Shown: piece by piece, positions 38,670 through 53,338 of the stretch
How positions within the stretch are numbered: the first letter of the stretch is position 1
Layout: every line of letters begins with the position of its first letter
Assembly: GCF_023055435.1 (NCBI RefSeq)
Contig: NW_025963813.1
Coordinates: 27,528,001 to 27,592,000, forward strand
DNA from: Haliotis rufescens
Lineage: Eukaryota
Reading direction: 5' to 3'
DNA length: 64,000 nt
The notes under the pieces: generated by a model
What the model saw: the letters and a program-made list of their open reading frames with translations, nothing else
Told to the model about the DNA's origin: nothing
The model's database searches: none
Program-made: the position numbers and the translations under genes

Positions 38670-40744
38670 TATGGTGGCCGAGAGGGGACATCGCTTTCTC
38701 GCTTTTTCGCTTTTTCGCTTTATCGCTCTATCGCTTTCTTTCCCTGTCGCTTTCTCGCGATTTAGCAATATCCCCTCTTGGCCACTATAGGGGTCGCATG
38801 TGTTATGTGTTTCTATACGATAAAAAGTATATACGTAAAACAACATTAATGAATTGTTGAACCTGACCTCAGTGGGCGGAGGCTGAGGTGGGTTTTAATC
38901 ATAAAAGAGAGCTGAGATGTTTCCAGTCACATTTCAAATTATACATATGGATGGAATGTTGAAATTTTCTCACTATCTACTTAAAGATAATATAACAGTA
39001 CAGACGTAGGTGATTTTATAACAATCCAGGGATTGCTGCGTAAAAAAGGTATTTGATTTAATACTGCCTCATTTAGGAGTTTTTTTTGGACCCCCGCCCC
39101 CAGGCCTAGGTATCAAAACAAACACCAAATAACACCGCTTATTAGCACCGAGTAGAGTACTTCCCCCAAAACAAGAGTGTTTTCCTAAAAACAACACTTA
39201 GGTCATGTTAATGTTTCTTCTCGTAGCGGAGTAGATGTCATCAAACTGGAAGTCCTCACCCAAGCAATGGTAATACTACCGGATGTCCATATGTAATTTC
39301 TTGTGTTTGAATGACAAATTATTCTCAGTAAACCGTAATGTGGGAATAAATAGTTGATTGGTTTTATATTCAAGTTGGTATTTCCGCTATTCAAAGTGTG
39401 CAGAGAGACCGTCTTATCAGCAGTCATTTCTGAGGCATAAATGCAAAGTTTAATTAATTAAGTCTACTCTCATTTTTTTGCAGTTATAATTAACTCTAAC
39501 GTAAATTTCAAGATTTACAGTACCTACTATTCAAAAGAACTTAAAAAACACCCGATTCTTTCATATGACTATGGTTACTCATTTGAAAAAGCGATAGAGC
39601 GAGAAAGCGATTGACAAATAATTGTCCGTTTTATCAGCCACTATTTGTTCTTTGCAACGTCCAAAGAATTATTTTGTCGGTCATCAGATTTTGAGTTGAA
39701 GCCGAATGTGTGCTCGTCAGATTTCGGGATGACAGTTATATTGATAAAGATGCATGTACATTATGCAGACAAATGTTATACAAGTACACAGTTATGGTTC
39801 CCTCACTAAATACAGATCGATAAGATATATGTCTCTACCTTAAGTCACATATACGACTTTTGAGAGCGTCATTAACCCGTAACCACATTCCTTGGACAAT
39901 AGAAATGAAATGCGTTGTAAATATTATTTTAAAACAACATGTTTCTTTTAATTCCTTTCGATCAAACTGTCTTCGGGAATTACATTGTATGCTAAAGTGC
40001 TTGTAACTTTCCCGCTGGGGGAGACTAGATATCCGATTATAGTATAGGCTCAAGAAGGAATATACATATTTATGTAACAATTATTAACAACTGTGCGCTC
40101 TGATGTGAGTTATGGAGTTATCCGACACCTATGTTCGCAGACAATGAGTCAGACACACACACACATATATAATTTCGACAAAACTATACTTAAGATAAAC
40201 ATCAAATCTTACAATGATAGATGATTTAACATATGTTAAAGATAATCATAGTAACGTCCTTCATATCGTTATCAACGTTAACTATGTGGCCACACTAATT
40301 ACGATGTCTCTCCTTATGTGTAGTTTACACAAGTAGACATACCAACTTTGATAACACCACAGCGACGGGGGCAGTGGGATAGCTCAGTGGTTAAAGCGTT
40401 CGCTCGTCAAGCCGAAGACCCAGTTCAAATCCCCACATGGGTACAATGTGTGAAACCCATTTCTGGTGTTCCCCGCCGTGGTATTGCTGGATTATTGTTA
40501 AAAAGCGACGTAAAAGCATTCTCACTCACTCACAGCGGTGTTTATCAAATTACTATATGCAAGTACATATACTTTGCATAAGACAAGAGACACAATTCAA
40601 ATTGATCATACATCAAATGTGAAAAAGAATATTTACGGACAACAGTATGACACACTGTAGCATCATATACTACCGAGAACACCCGCAATTACAAGATTGT
40701 ATTTTGCAATACAATCAGCCATGATTTCGGCGATGTCCCCCATC
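38670..40744. mobile_element. Same IS3EU-like element in U3, right TIR truncated
   Basis: Same truncation junction as U1. Confidence 0.8.
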
Positions 40745-43013
40745 TTATTCACTATTGATATATACATGTTTTTGTACAATTGAACGTATTTTCTATTGAT
40801 CTGTATGAGGTGTTGTACAATTGAACCTATTTACTATTAATCTTTACGTATTTTCTATTGATCTGTATGGAGTGTTGTAATGTTAAAGGTATTTAATCAA
40901 CCATCTGTTTCTCACTGTAGTGGACAGCATCAAACACACAGCGATGAATTAGGATTCCATACACTACACAGAGATCATTTATGTATTTACTTATTTACAA
41001 TATTCAAAATATATGCCTGCCACATAAGATAGAATAAGTACCTACCTTGCCAGTGAAGCCGATCTGGAATATATGTGACGTGACTGTTTCAGCAGCTTGT
41101 ACATCCAGGAGAATATGACTCATAAGATTTACAAACTGTCATTTCCTTCATCGTTCGAAATAAAAGCATATCTTATTGCGCGGTAAACATGTCACCGACC
41201 CCCTTCTTTTGCACCTCTCGCGCGTTCAAAGTGACTGACGCTCCGTCATGCGTACCCAGAACCAGTCGCGAAGATACGCAGTCGCTGCCGCTACAAGGGG
41301 GTTTATCAGTGTTCGTTGTGTTTGTTTGGTGGAGTTGTATAGGATGGAACACTGGGTTATACTGTTATATATGAACGCCTTTGTGTGGTATTCAAAACGA
41401 CGAATAATATATTACATTTTATGTGATATATTGTGAATGGAAAGCGTTGTATATTCTGTGGATGTTTAATCTACCCAGTCAGTCCCTCCTCCGCACCCCG
41501 CTAGTCCACTCCATCAACTGCCATGTCCCTGCCCCCGCCCCCCCCCCCCCCCCCCCCCTCTCCTCCCCTTCCCTCCATCACCAACAGGTGGCCCGTGACT
41601 CATATTATGCATGTCAAATATTTGTTTTGTGCCTTTCAAATGGTAAGTTTTGAATATGAGAAAGGTACTTTTAAAGTAATTGCAATTAATTCATCAACCA
41701 TGTGCGTTCGTGAATACAGTGATTCATCAATAAACCAGATAACTTCAGATTAACGAATACAAGCTACCAAGTAAACAGGTCAGATACAGAGACTCCAAAT
41801 TAAATATGTTAAAAGCGAAACATTCTAATGGCTGTATTACTTCATTAATACACTGGTTAATATTTGAGGTTTATTCGTGAAGTTTGCTTTGATCGAACAA
41901 AGTCTTTCCCAAGCTCACTAAATCATCCTTTGTGCAAACAACATGTGCACATACGCTATCCTCCGTTGTTTCTAGAACGTGCATCTCTCCTTTGTCTGCT
42001 CTGTCTCCATCCCTCGTTCAGACTAACTTTCTCTCCTCCCGAGGACATGGTTGGTCCTGTGGTCTGGAGCACTGAACGTTGCATCACACTTTCATATACA
42101 TATACACATGGCTATTGTTGTTAATGTTAATGCCAAATTGAATGGTGAATGTTGGCCTTGGGAGGCCCAACGGTCCATCGTCGTGTTAGTTCTCTCTCTC
42201 TATCTCCCCCTCTCCTTCTCTCTTTCTCCACTCTATCTCCCCCTCTCTCTCTATCGCCCTCTCTCTCGCTCTTCCCATTCCCTAACTCCCTTCTCTCTCT
42301 CTCCTCTCACTCTCACTCGCTATTTCAATTATCTATCTCCCTTCTCTCTCTTTCTCTCTCTCTCTCACCACTCGCCCTCTTTCGCTCTCCATCCTCTATC
42401 TCCCTTTTCTCTCTCTCCGCCCACACACTCTCTCTCTCGCTCTCTCCACTCTCTATCTCCCCTCTCTCTTTCTCTCTCCCCCTCTCTCACTCACGCTCTA
42501 TCTCCTTCTCTCTCTATCGCTCTCTCTCGCTCTCCTCATTCTCTAACTCCCTTCTCTCCCTCGCTCTCTCTCCTCTTACTCTCTCTCGCGCTATTTCAAT
42601 TCTCTATCTCCCTTCTCTCTTTCTCTCTCTCCTCTCGCTCTCCGCCCTCTATATGTCCTTCTCTCTCTCCCGCTCTCTTTCCTCTCGCTCTCTTTCGAAC
42701 TATATAAAACAATCAGTCAATTAACATTGCAAAACAATAATATATTTTAGTTTGAGCTCATCAAAGTTAGTCAAATAAGATAATATCTGAGGAATCAAAC
42801 ATATTCTGAATAATCTCCTAACCTAATAACTGACTTAACTGACCTTATAACTGAAGACGTTATCATTTCGTACGTATGCAGACATGTGCCCTACGTTTTT
42901 GTTCGGCACAAGACAATCCTATATCGTGACAAGGTATATAAGATGGTCTTGTTTGACTGTAACCTTAAACCTGTCACACAATTAAATCGTCCAACGACAG
43001 AAAAGACGCAAAC

Positions 43014-44534
43014 ATGGAGCTTGGAATATATGTCGTCTGCTTCATCTCCTGCGTCAGCGCCCGGATGAACGTCTTGTTCCTGGTCGCCGATGACCTGCGT
43101 CCAGAGCTGCCCATGTACAATGGCCGCTACCGTCCATCTCAAGTCCATCCACCAATTCACGCCCCGAATCTAGCAGGCCTCGCCAGTAAAAGCATGGTCT
43201 TCAAGAGGGCATATACCCAGCAGGCTCTATGCTCCCCGAGCCGTACCTCCCTGCTGACTGGGCGCCGTCCTGACACCACCCACGTGTATGACTCTAACAC
43301 CTACTTTAGAGACGCTGCCGGTAACTTCACGACCATTCCCCAGTTCTTCAAGAACCACGGCTACCACAGCATTGGAGCTGGTAAAATATTCCACCCGGGC
43401 AAGGCTTCAGGAGGAAATGATCCTGCCTCGTGGTCTGAGACATATTATGATGACTCTTAACCCAGTAATTACGGGTCAAGTTGGGAAGCAGTACCGGATA
43501 ATCTTTTGGACAGCCACAATGCCCTGCAGGACACGATGCTAGCCGACCACGCAGTGCAAGTCATTAAGGACATCACCCAAAAGGCAAAGAATGGCGAGAA
43601 TTTCTTCCTGGCAGTTGGGTTCCACAAGCCCCATTTGCCGTTCCAATTCCCAGCTCGCTTTCTGGATTATTACTCAGAAGACTCAATCCATCTTCCACCC
43701 AACCCACAAGCTCCTGACGGCATGCCTGATATTGCCTGGAGATCATATAATGAACTTAGGGGCTACGCTGACATAGCCCGACTGAATGCATCCGGCAACC
43801 CAAACACGACCTTGCCTGACCAGGTGGTTAAACAACTGCGCAGAGCCTACTACAGCGCTGTTAGCTTCATGGACTTTGAACTCGGGAGGGTTCTAGATGA
43901 ACTGGAGAATCAGGGTCTAGCTGACAACACGATAGTGTCATTTTTTGGCGATCATGGCTGGCAGTTGGGAGAACACGGGGAATGGTGCAAACAGACCAAT
44001 TTTGACATCGCCACCCACTCGCCTCTTATGATCCGTGTCCCAGGGATGACGGACCATGGGATGAGCACAACAAAGCTGACAGAGTTTGTAGACCTGTTCC
44101 CAACTCTAGTAGAAGCAGCAGGTCTTCCCACACTGCCTACGTGTCAAGTAGACTCGTCCTCAACTCAAGACTGCACAGAAGGAAGGAGTCTAGTTCCTCT
44201 GCTGCAGCACCCAAATCTGCCCTCGTGGAAAACCGCAGCCCTCTCGCAGTACCCACGAGTGTATAACAACACGTCAGCCATGGGCTACACGATCACCACG
44301 GCCAGGTATCGCTACACTGAATGGGTGACGTTCCTCAGCAAGCCCCACTACATGCCTCAGTGGGACCAGCTTCATGGAGTGGAGCTGTACGACCATCTGG
44401 CTGATCCTGAGGAGAATCACAACCTCGCGCTCAATGCTGCCCAACAAGGACTTCGCAGCCGGTTGAGGGGGCAACTACGTGCTGGATGGAGAGCCGAGAT
44501 GACGGGTGATCATGGCAGACCCACCATAGGTTGA
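43014..44534 (+). pseudogene. IDS: IDS-like sulfatase paralog A, copy 3; Q149*
   Basis: In-frame TAA at 43458-43460; otherwise colinear with A4. Confidence 0.92.
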
Positions 44535-44663
44535 ACGGTATTGTATTAAATCTGTTCATTTGAGAAATCACTTATTTTTGACATCACTGACATCGAAAAT
44601 GTAATTTCGAGCATGGTTATTACAAAACTATCTGAATCTCGAATCTCGAATCAGCGTGTGTGC

Positions 44664-44742
<79 letters not shown>

Positions 44743-45377
44743 TGTGTCCCTGCCACGTCATACCAAAAAACGTTATAATGTGTCTAAATGGGATATCCAT
44801 GTTAAACTGTGGCATGGTGTCTCAGTGGGCAAGCGCTATAAAACCTGCATAAGTCCAGACTGGTTCAAGTAGCAACAGACACGTGCATGCACGTCCCTAT
44901 GTTAGTGTAACACTATTGAACACGACGTTTAACACCACACCTCATTTATTACTGCCAGCACCATACCTGTGCTCGTGGATTTCACTCAAGTTATGGGGCG
45001 GACGGGTAGCCTAGTGGTTAAAGCATTCGCTCGTCACGTCCGGGGCCCGGGTTCGATTCCTGACACAGGTACAATGTGTCAACCCCATTTCTGGTGTACC
45101 CCGCCGTGGTAGGCTGGAATATTGCTAAAAGCGCGGAAAACCCAACTGACTCACTCACTCAATCAATCAAGTGTTACACGACAAAGACTTGCATCATTTC
45201 GGGTCTCCCACATCAAACTGTCACATCATGATGTAACTGAACTACTGTTCAAACGCCATCAATCCAAACTCACTCACTCACTTCTTTCAGTGGCATCACT
45301 CACTCACTCACGCATGTCCTTCTACTACTAATATAGAAAAACTGTGAAACCAGTTTCAGTTATTTATTACTCGAAAG

Positions 45378-46922
45378 TTACCCAATAATAGACGGTACAT
45401 GTTGAGTTGTCAACTCATGCCTCCATCCTGCGTGAAGACGATGGCTGAGCTTGACCACCAGGTCTTTGTGGGCAGGGTCATGAACCAAGTTGATGTTCTC
45501 TTGTGGATCCTGATAATGGTCGTACAGCTCCGCACCAGAAGACACTGACCACTTGGGTTTGTAATGAGTAGCATCAAATCCGACCCACTCGGTATAGCGA
45601 TAACGACCGGTCGTCATCGAGTAACCCATCAGCTTGTGGCGACCATGGGAGTGTCTTGGATATTGGGAAAAGGCAGCCTTCTTCCAATTATCAGTTTTGG
45701 GCTGCTCGATCAAAGGGAGGAAGCTCTGTCCTTTTGCGCACACGTCCACCTTGGAGGAATCTTCAGGACAGACGTGAAGAGACGGCAGACCAGCTGCCTC
45801 AACCAGTGTAGGGAACAGGTCCACAAACTCCACAAGCTCTTCTGTCGGTATTCCTTGATCGGTGAGTCCGGGAATATGTATCATCATAGGGGCATGGGTA
45901 GCTATGTCGAAGTTGGTGTGTTTGGTCCACAACCCGTGTTCACCTAACTGCCATCCATGGTCCCCAAAGAAGGATATGATTGTGTCATTTGCCAGGCCTT
46001 GGTGTTCCAGTTCTGCTAGGACCCTTCCCAGTTCCTAATCAATGTAGGAGATGCAGCTGTAGTAGGCTCGTCTCAGGTTCTTTACTACATTGGCTGGCAG
46101 GGTTGTATTGGGCGCCCCTGTTGCATTCAGAGCAGCAATGTCTTTGTAATACCGCAGCTCTGGGTACGTGATCCAAGCGAGAGAGGGCATGTCCAGAGGG
46201 GCGTACTGATTGGGAGGTACGTGAATGGATTGATCTGGGTAGTAGCTTAGAAACTTCTCCGGGAAGACAAATGGAAGATGTGGCTTGTGATAACCAACTG
46301 CTAAAAAGAAGGGTTCCTGTCCAGATCGAGCTTTCGGTGCAATGGACTTCAACTTCTGAATTGCCATGTCTGTAGTGACGGTGTCTTGGAGGGAATTGCT
46401 GTTTAAGAGAGACGTTGGTACCGCGCGCCATGAATTCCCATCATCAGCAAAGCTATTCACCTTTGGTCTGGTTTCATAGCATGGCTCCGACCATGACACT
46501 GGATCATTATCTCCCGATGCGTCTCCGTGATGGAAGATCTTCCCAAAGCCTAGGGTATTGTAGCCATGTCTTTTGAAGTACTCGGGTAAGGTTGTGAAGT
46601 TGCCAGCAGCCTTCCTCCAGTAGGTGTGAAGGTCGTACACGTGGGTGGTGTCAGGACGGCGCCCAGTGAGGAGGGAGGTGCGGCTGGGAGAACACACTGA
46701 CTGCTGGACGTAAGCACGACGGAGGAGAAGGCTCTTCCCTGCCAGAGAGTTCAAGTTTGGGGCGTGGACCTTCTCTCTGACGGGGGAGGGAGAGTCTCTT
46801 CCTTGATATACATCCAGATCTGGTCTCATGTCATCTGCCACAAGAAATAATACATTTTTCCTTTTGCAATGGACGTGTGTACTTACTAGAATCAGCACAA
46901 CCGTCAAGCGGTGCCACAACAT
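45378..46922 (-). pseudogene. IDS: IDS-like sulfatase paralog B, copy 3; E296*
   Basis: GAG>TAG at 46035-46037 splits the gene into 295-aa and 184-aa ORFs and cuts off the GDHG motif. Confidence 0.92.
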
Positions 46923-48865
46923 GGCTGCCTTTTTTGGTGAATGTTTTTCACTATCACAGACGTGGTGGACTGGGAAGGAGATAAGACATACAGCTGTACT
47001 ATGTCATCATGTCAACCTAGTTTCTTGCAGCCTTGGAACCATTATCTATAGTATATATAGATTCAATAATTCTACAATTAAGCGTCAATGTTATGTTTTG
47101 AATAAAATAACAGGTCCTGTTTTTCTTTCAAGCTGAAGAAAGATAACTATTTTGCAAACGGGGAAAGAGGTGTATCAGCGATTTTTATGATTGGGCGTTT
47201 TATTGCACATTGTTTCATATATTTGACTGTCTGTTTGTGGTATCTTCAAGAATACGAAGTCAAACTTCGTACTTTAGCCATGCAGTGTTACTTTGGAATT
47301 GCAGGAATGCCTAGTCTATCTGTTATGTGAGATACACGAACTTCCTACCCGTGAAGATCCGGGGTAGAATAGGTCTTCAGCAACTCATGCTTGTCGTAAG
47401 AGGCGACTAACGGGATCGGGTGGTCAGGCTCGCTAACTTGGTTGATGCATGTCATCTATCCCAATTGTGGGGATCGATGCTCATGATTTCAATCACTGGA
47501 TTGTCTGGTCCTGACTCGATTAGTTACAGACCACCGTCATATAGCTTGAATATTGCTGAGTGCAGCGTTAAACAACAAATAAACAAAACCAAATCCAATT
47601 ACACGTTTAAAACATCGTAAATATTTTACAATATTTGCATATTAGATATCAGTAAACAGAGATTATATATGACACAATAGATTTACTCCGTCTAAACATC
47701 ATAGATAGAGGAGCAGCCAGGAATTTTACAATGTCATTAAGAAGTTCAACTGTTAAATTTAACAATTCTTCTTTTTTCCTGACTTAAAAGTAAATGTAAG
47801 AACACAATCGCGCGCAAAACAATGTATAATTCTGGTCCACTTTTATATGACTACATAGCATACAATAAGCTTTCGGATCCCGTATGGATCGGTGGGTGGC
47901 AGCCTAGATATCCATAGAATTGACACTTGTCTGTCTCTAAACAGATCATTTTCCCTTTCGCTCAGCCCTTTCTATAATACAAAGGCCCTATATGAAGCAA
48001 GTTAGATTTTCCCCAGGTTCATCTCTGATTCTCAAATCTCACTGGGGCTCCTCTTCAATTTGAATGGAGTTATTTGGAGTTATATGGAGTTGTATATTTT
48101 TAGAGACTAAGCATCAGTCTAAAAAGGCATCACCAGTTTGGAATTGGACATTAATTTGTTTACAATAGCAAAACATTGTCGCCTACATTATAACATTAAG
48201 AATATCACTGTTTTAAAGTGTCATGTGCAAATGAGAAAGTAGACGAACCTTAAAATTATAAATAAACATAGTTTCCTTAATTCCAAGCAATATCGAAAAA
48301 ATATATATGCATATAAATACACACCAAGATCAGCGTCTACAAAACATAAATGATTTAGGTTGATATTAGTTTGCGTATTTGACGATTATATAACTTGTTA
48401 AAGTATTAATCGTTTTCCAATACCCGATCAAGTACGTGCCATGAATTTAAGCGACATTGAACGATTTCGACCTTATCATGAGAATGTGTTTATGTATCAC
48501 TGTCAAATAGTGGTGTCACTAAATCCAAAGAAACAGTTCGCAATTTGGACAAGGCATTAAATAATACGCAGAACAATTGAATTCAGCACTTCCGCTAAGT
48601 GCTACGAGTACAGCGTCAAACTCGGGCCTGTAATCTAACACGCGAGAACTGACCAATGAAAATCTTAGAAGTAGAAATACCGATAAAAGCTGTTGCTTGA
48701 TTGACAATGTCAATGTCAATCAAGAGAAGGGGGAGCTTGATGATATCGCTCTCTCTGTCTCTCTCTCAGTAACTTCCGATGTAAATATCGCCGTCATTTG
48801 GACGGAAAAAACGATGGTTTGAAAGCGTTCAAAAACGTCGTTTTCCCGTCCAGTGACCATATATG

Positions 48866-49481
48866 AAAAAACGACGTTTTCGTGTTTGCAGTGTTATCGT
48901 CGTCGAAATGAGCGTTATACCCCACACTGTGTAAGTGAATTCGACAATTTCGGTGGCGGCAGTGTCATGGTGTGGGGGACCATACCCTACACCACGAGGT
49001 CTGACTTGGTTGTGGTTCAGGGAAATTTGACAGCAAATCGCTACATGAATCGCAACATAAAATTCTTCAAGCTCACCTTTTACCAATAAGTGACCGCCAG
49101 AGGTAGCTGTTTCAACAGGACAACACTCCACCGCACACAGCTCGTGTCACGGTAGACTACCTTCACAATGCCAACATCAACGACTTGCCCTGGCAGTCGA
49201 GATCTCCAGATCTCAACCCAATCGAAAAGCTCTGGGATGAACTCGATCGACGTGTACGTCAACGTCAGAACAGAGCAGTCACAAGATATACGCGCAACTT
49301 TGTGGCCTAATATGACATGACAATGAACAGGTTTCAATGCCTTTGCACAACGACAACATGTGACTATCGAGCTCCAAAATGTCATATTGGTATCTATGAT
49401 ATAAATTAAATATATCGACTTTATTAGGCAAAATAAATTTACTAAAAATCGACCTGTGCCTGTCTTTTTTAGAAGAGTGTA
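48866..49481 (+). mobile_element. Tc1 remnant, U4 copy, same deletion
   Basis: Near-identical to the U2 copy. Confidence 0.88.
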
Positions 49482-49593
49482 TGTATATTTTCATTTAGAA
49501 ATGCTGACACCAAATTGGAGGTGAGGTGAAATTGGGTTTTAGGTCGCGTTCAAGGTTATTGCACAGTACTAGTACATAGTGACGTGCGTGCGC

Positions 49594-49633
<40 letters not shown>

Positions 49634-51268
49634 ACCTGTCCGGACTAATGCCAGTTTTTTAGAGCTAGCCCACTAAGAAATGCCACATTTTAACATGGAT
49701 ACCCCTATCATACACAATATATTGACTCCGATCCGAGAAGTCCTTGTTTTAGCCCCTTAATGCCGAGCGCCAGGCAGGGTAACAACAAGTATAATCTTTT
49801 ATCGTCTTTTGGTTTGACGCTTCTGGGGATCGAACTCCTGACCTTCTGTTCTCCGGGCACAGGGTCTACCCACTAGACCACGGAGGCGATCACATCAAAT
49901 TGGAGATTGGGTGGCCTGGGTCATCAGGCATAATTCGCTGTACAATTAATCATTTTATCAAGTTGCCCTAACGTCATATCAACTCTATCAAGACGTCAAA
50001 AGCATAGCTATTTTATTATACATGAAAGCATTCCTAATTTTGGGACATCATTAACATTGTAATTATGATCACCGTGGTACCTTGATCTGAGGTGATGTTT
50101 TTCCTCAATTTTCACGATCAAACTATCATCCATAAAAGCATGTGTGTTGATTTCCCCTCCCCCCAATCTCATCCGCGTGCTTCTCTCATAAAGTGGCCCT
50201 CGTCTCTTTACGTGCCGCCCGAAAGAAATTTGATTACTCTGAGCAAACAGCGGACTACTTTCCACTGCGGAATGTGATTGTTGGAAGTGGGTGTAAAGCG
50301 ATGATGAAAAGGTTGTGTTAAAGCGCGTTGCACGGGGAAGCACAGCTCCGCTTAGCTCCTTCAAGAATTGACGTGTTCAGTTTATTTCAATAGTGTGGTT
50401 TCAGAATAATCAGAATTCAATTTGTCGAATTAGGCTTACATCTCTTGTAGATACTTCCTCCGTAAACCATGTCAAAATACTCTAGACTGTAATGGTTTCT
50501 GTCTATCCTGTATCAAAATCTTCGGTTTAGAACGTCAACAAGATGTATTTGCTTTGTGTATTTCATATATTTACACTGTGTATTTTATGCTTTCTCTCAA
50601 AGAGTTGTTTCTACTTGGCGCCAAATTAATTTTATTTGAAAGCGATTTGGCCGATACATTTGTTTTAATGGAGTGTGTAAACATTTGAAACGTCATGCAA
50701 TTCATTCATGTAATAGCTATAGCCGACCGATATATCTTAGCTGTCGCGCACATACATCCCGTGTAGAACAACATGACATAGTTTATTACAGATTTGGGTT
50801 CAACACCGCCATGTTTCAGTTATAGCTGTTGAACGTGACAAGAAAGACTAAAAATGAAACATGTGGAAGGCGCCATGTTCGTTAAACCCCCAGTCATGCG
50901 TTTGATGCCCACGAATCAAGGATCGTAATCGTTTCGAATCTAGGATTCGAACCCACGACCGATTGATTCTTGCTGTGGCATGAACCGTAATGTTCTTCCC
51001 CAGCGTTAGACCACTGGTCGCCGTAGACACGGGTTAGTGGCCTCAGTTAGTCCAGTAAAAGTATGTCTTTGCTTGTTAAAAATGACAAGACTATTAAAAA
51101 GTTTGTATTCTCTTAAGTCGGAACGGTGTCTTCGAAAATTAATTTTGCAGTTGCAACATGTATTAACTCATCGGTATGATCAATTGCCTTTACACGTTCG
51201 TAAAAACTCATCTCGTTTCCCCGACCGGTGAAGATTCGGGGTAGAAAAGGTCTTCAGCAACCCATGCT

Positions 51269-53338
51269 TATGGTGGCCGAGAGGGGACATCGCTTTCTCG
51301 CTTTTTCGCTTTATCGCTCTATCGCTTTCTCACCCTGTCGCTTTCTCGCGATTTAGCAATATCCCCTCTTGGCCACTATAGGGGTCGCATGTGTTATGTG
51401 TTTCTATACGATAAAAAGTATATACGTAAAACAACATTAATGAATTGTTGAACCTGACCTCAGTGGGCGGAGGCTGAGGTGGGTTTTAATCATAAAAGAG
51501 AGCTGAGATGTTTCCAGTCACATTTCAAATTATACATATGGATGGAATGTTGAAATTTTCTCACTATCTACTAAAAGATAATATAACAGTACAGACGTAG
51601 GTGCTTTTATAACAATCCAGGGATTGCTGCGTAAAAAAGGTATTTGATTGAATACTGCCCTATTTAGGAGTTTTTTTTGGACCCCCGCCCCCAGGCCTAG
51701 GTATCAAAACAAACACCAAATAACACCGCTTATTAGCACCGAGTAGAGTACTTCCCCCAAAACAAGAGTGTTTCCCTAAAAACAACACTTAGGTCATGTT
51801 AATGTTTATTCTCGTAGCGGAGTAGATGTCATCAAACTGGAAGTCCTCACCCAAGCAATGGTAATACTACCGGATGTCCATATGTAATTTCTTGTGTTTG
51901 AATGACAAATTATTCTCAGTAAACCGTAATGTGGAAATAGATTGGTTTTATATTCAAGTTGGTATTTCCGCTATTCAAAGTGTGCAGTGAGACCGTCTTA
52001 TCAGCAGTCATTTCTGAGGCATAAATGCAAAGTTTAATTAATTAAGTCTACTCTCATTTTTTTGCAGTTATAATTAACTCTAACGTAAATTTCAAGATTT
52101 ACAGTACCTACTATTCAAAAGAAGTTAAAGAACACCCAATTCTTTCATATGACTATGGTTACTCATTTGAAAAAGCGAAAGAGCGAGAAAGCGATTGACA
52201 AATAATTGTCCGTTTTATCAGCCACTATTTGTTCTTTGCAACGTCCAAAGAATTATTTTGTCGGTCATCAGATTTGGAGTTGAAGCCGAATGTGTGCTCG
52301 TCAGATTTCGGGATGACAGTTATATTGATAAAGATGCATGTACATTATGCAGACAAATGTTATACATGTACACAGTTATGGTTCCCTCACTAAATACAGA
52401 TCGATAAGATATATGTCTCTACCTTAAGTCACATATACGACTTTTGAGAGCGTCATTAACCCGTAACCACATTCCTTGGACAATAGAAATGAAATGCGTT
52501 GTAAATATTATTTTAAAACAACATGTTTCTTATAATTCCTTTCGATCAAACTGTCTTTGGGAATTACATGTTATGCTAAAGTGCTTGTAACTTTCCCGCT
52601 GGGGGAGACTAGATATCCGATTATAGTATAGGCTCAAGCAGGAATATACATATTTATGTAACAATTATTAACAACTGTGCGCTCTGATGTGAGTTATGGC
52701 GTTATCCACCACCTATGTTCGCAGACAAAGAGTCAGACACACACACACATATATAGTTTCGACAAAACTATACTTAAGATAAACATCAAATCTTACAATG
52801 ATAGATGATTTAACATATGTTAAAGATAATCATAGTAACGTCCTTCATATCGTTATCAACGTTAACTATGTGGCCACACTAATTACGATGTCTCTCCTTA
52901 TGTGTAGTTTACACAAGTACACATACCAACTTTGATAACACCACAGCGACGGGGGCAGTGGGATAGCTCAGTGGTTAAAGCGTTCGCTCGTCAAGCCGAA
53001 GACCCAGTTCAAATCCCCACATGGGTACAATGTGTGAAACCCATTTCTGGTGTTCCCCGCCGTGGTATTGCTGGATTATTGTTAAAAAGCGACGTAAAAG
53101 CATTCTCACTCACTCACAGCGGTGTTTATCAAATTACTACATGCAAGTACATATACTTTGCATAAGACAAGAGACACAATTCAAATTGATCATACATCAA
53201 ATGTGAAAAAGAATATTTACGGACAACAGTATGACACACTGTAGCATCATATACTACCGAGAACACCCGCAATTACAAGATTGTATTTTGCAATACAATC
53301 AGCCATGATTTCGGCGATGTCCCCCATCGGCCACCATA
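51269..53338. mobile_element. Non-autonomous TIR DNA transposon, 2070 bp, IS3EU-like termini, inserted into a SINE; complete copy
   Basis: TIRs tatggtggccgagaggggacatcgc ... gcgatgtcccccatcggccaccata. 6-bp TSD catgct at 51263-51268 and 53339-53344. The flanks rejoin into a continuous family-2 SINE. Confidence 0.88.
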
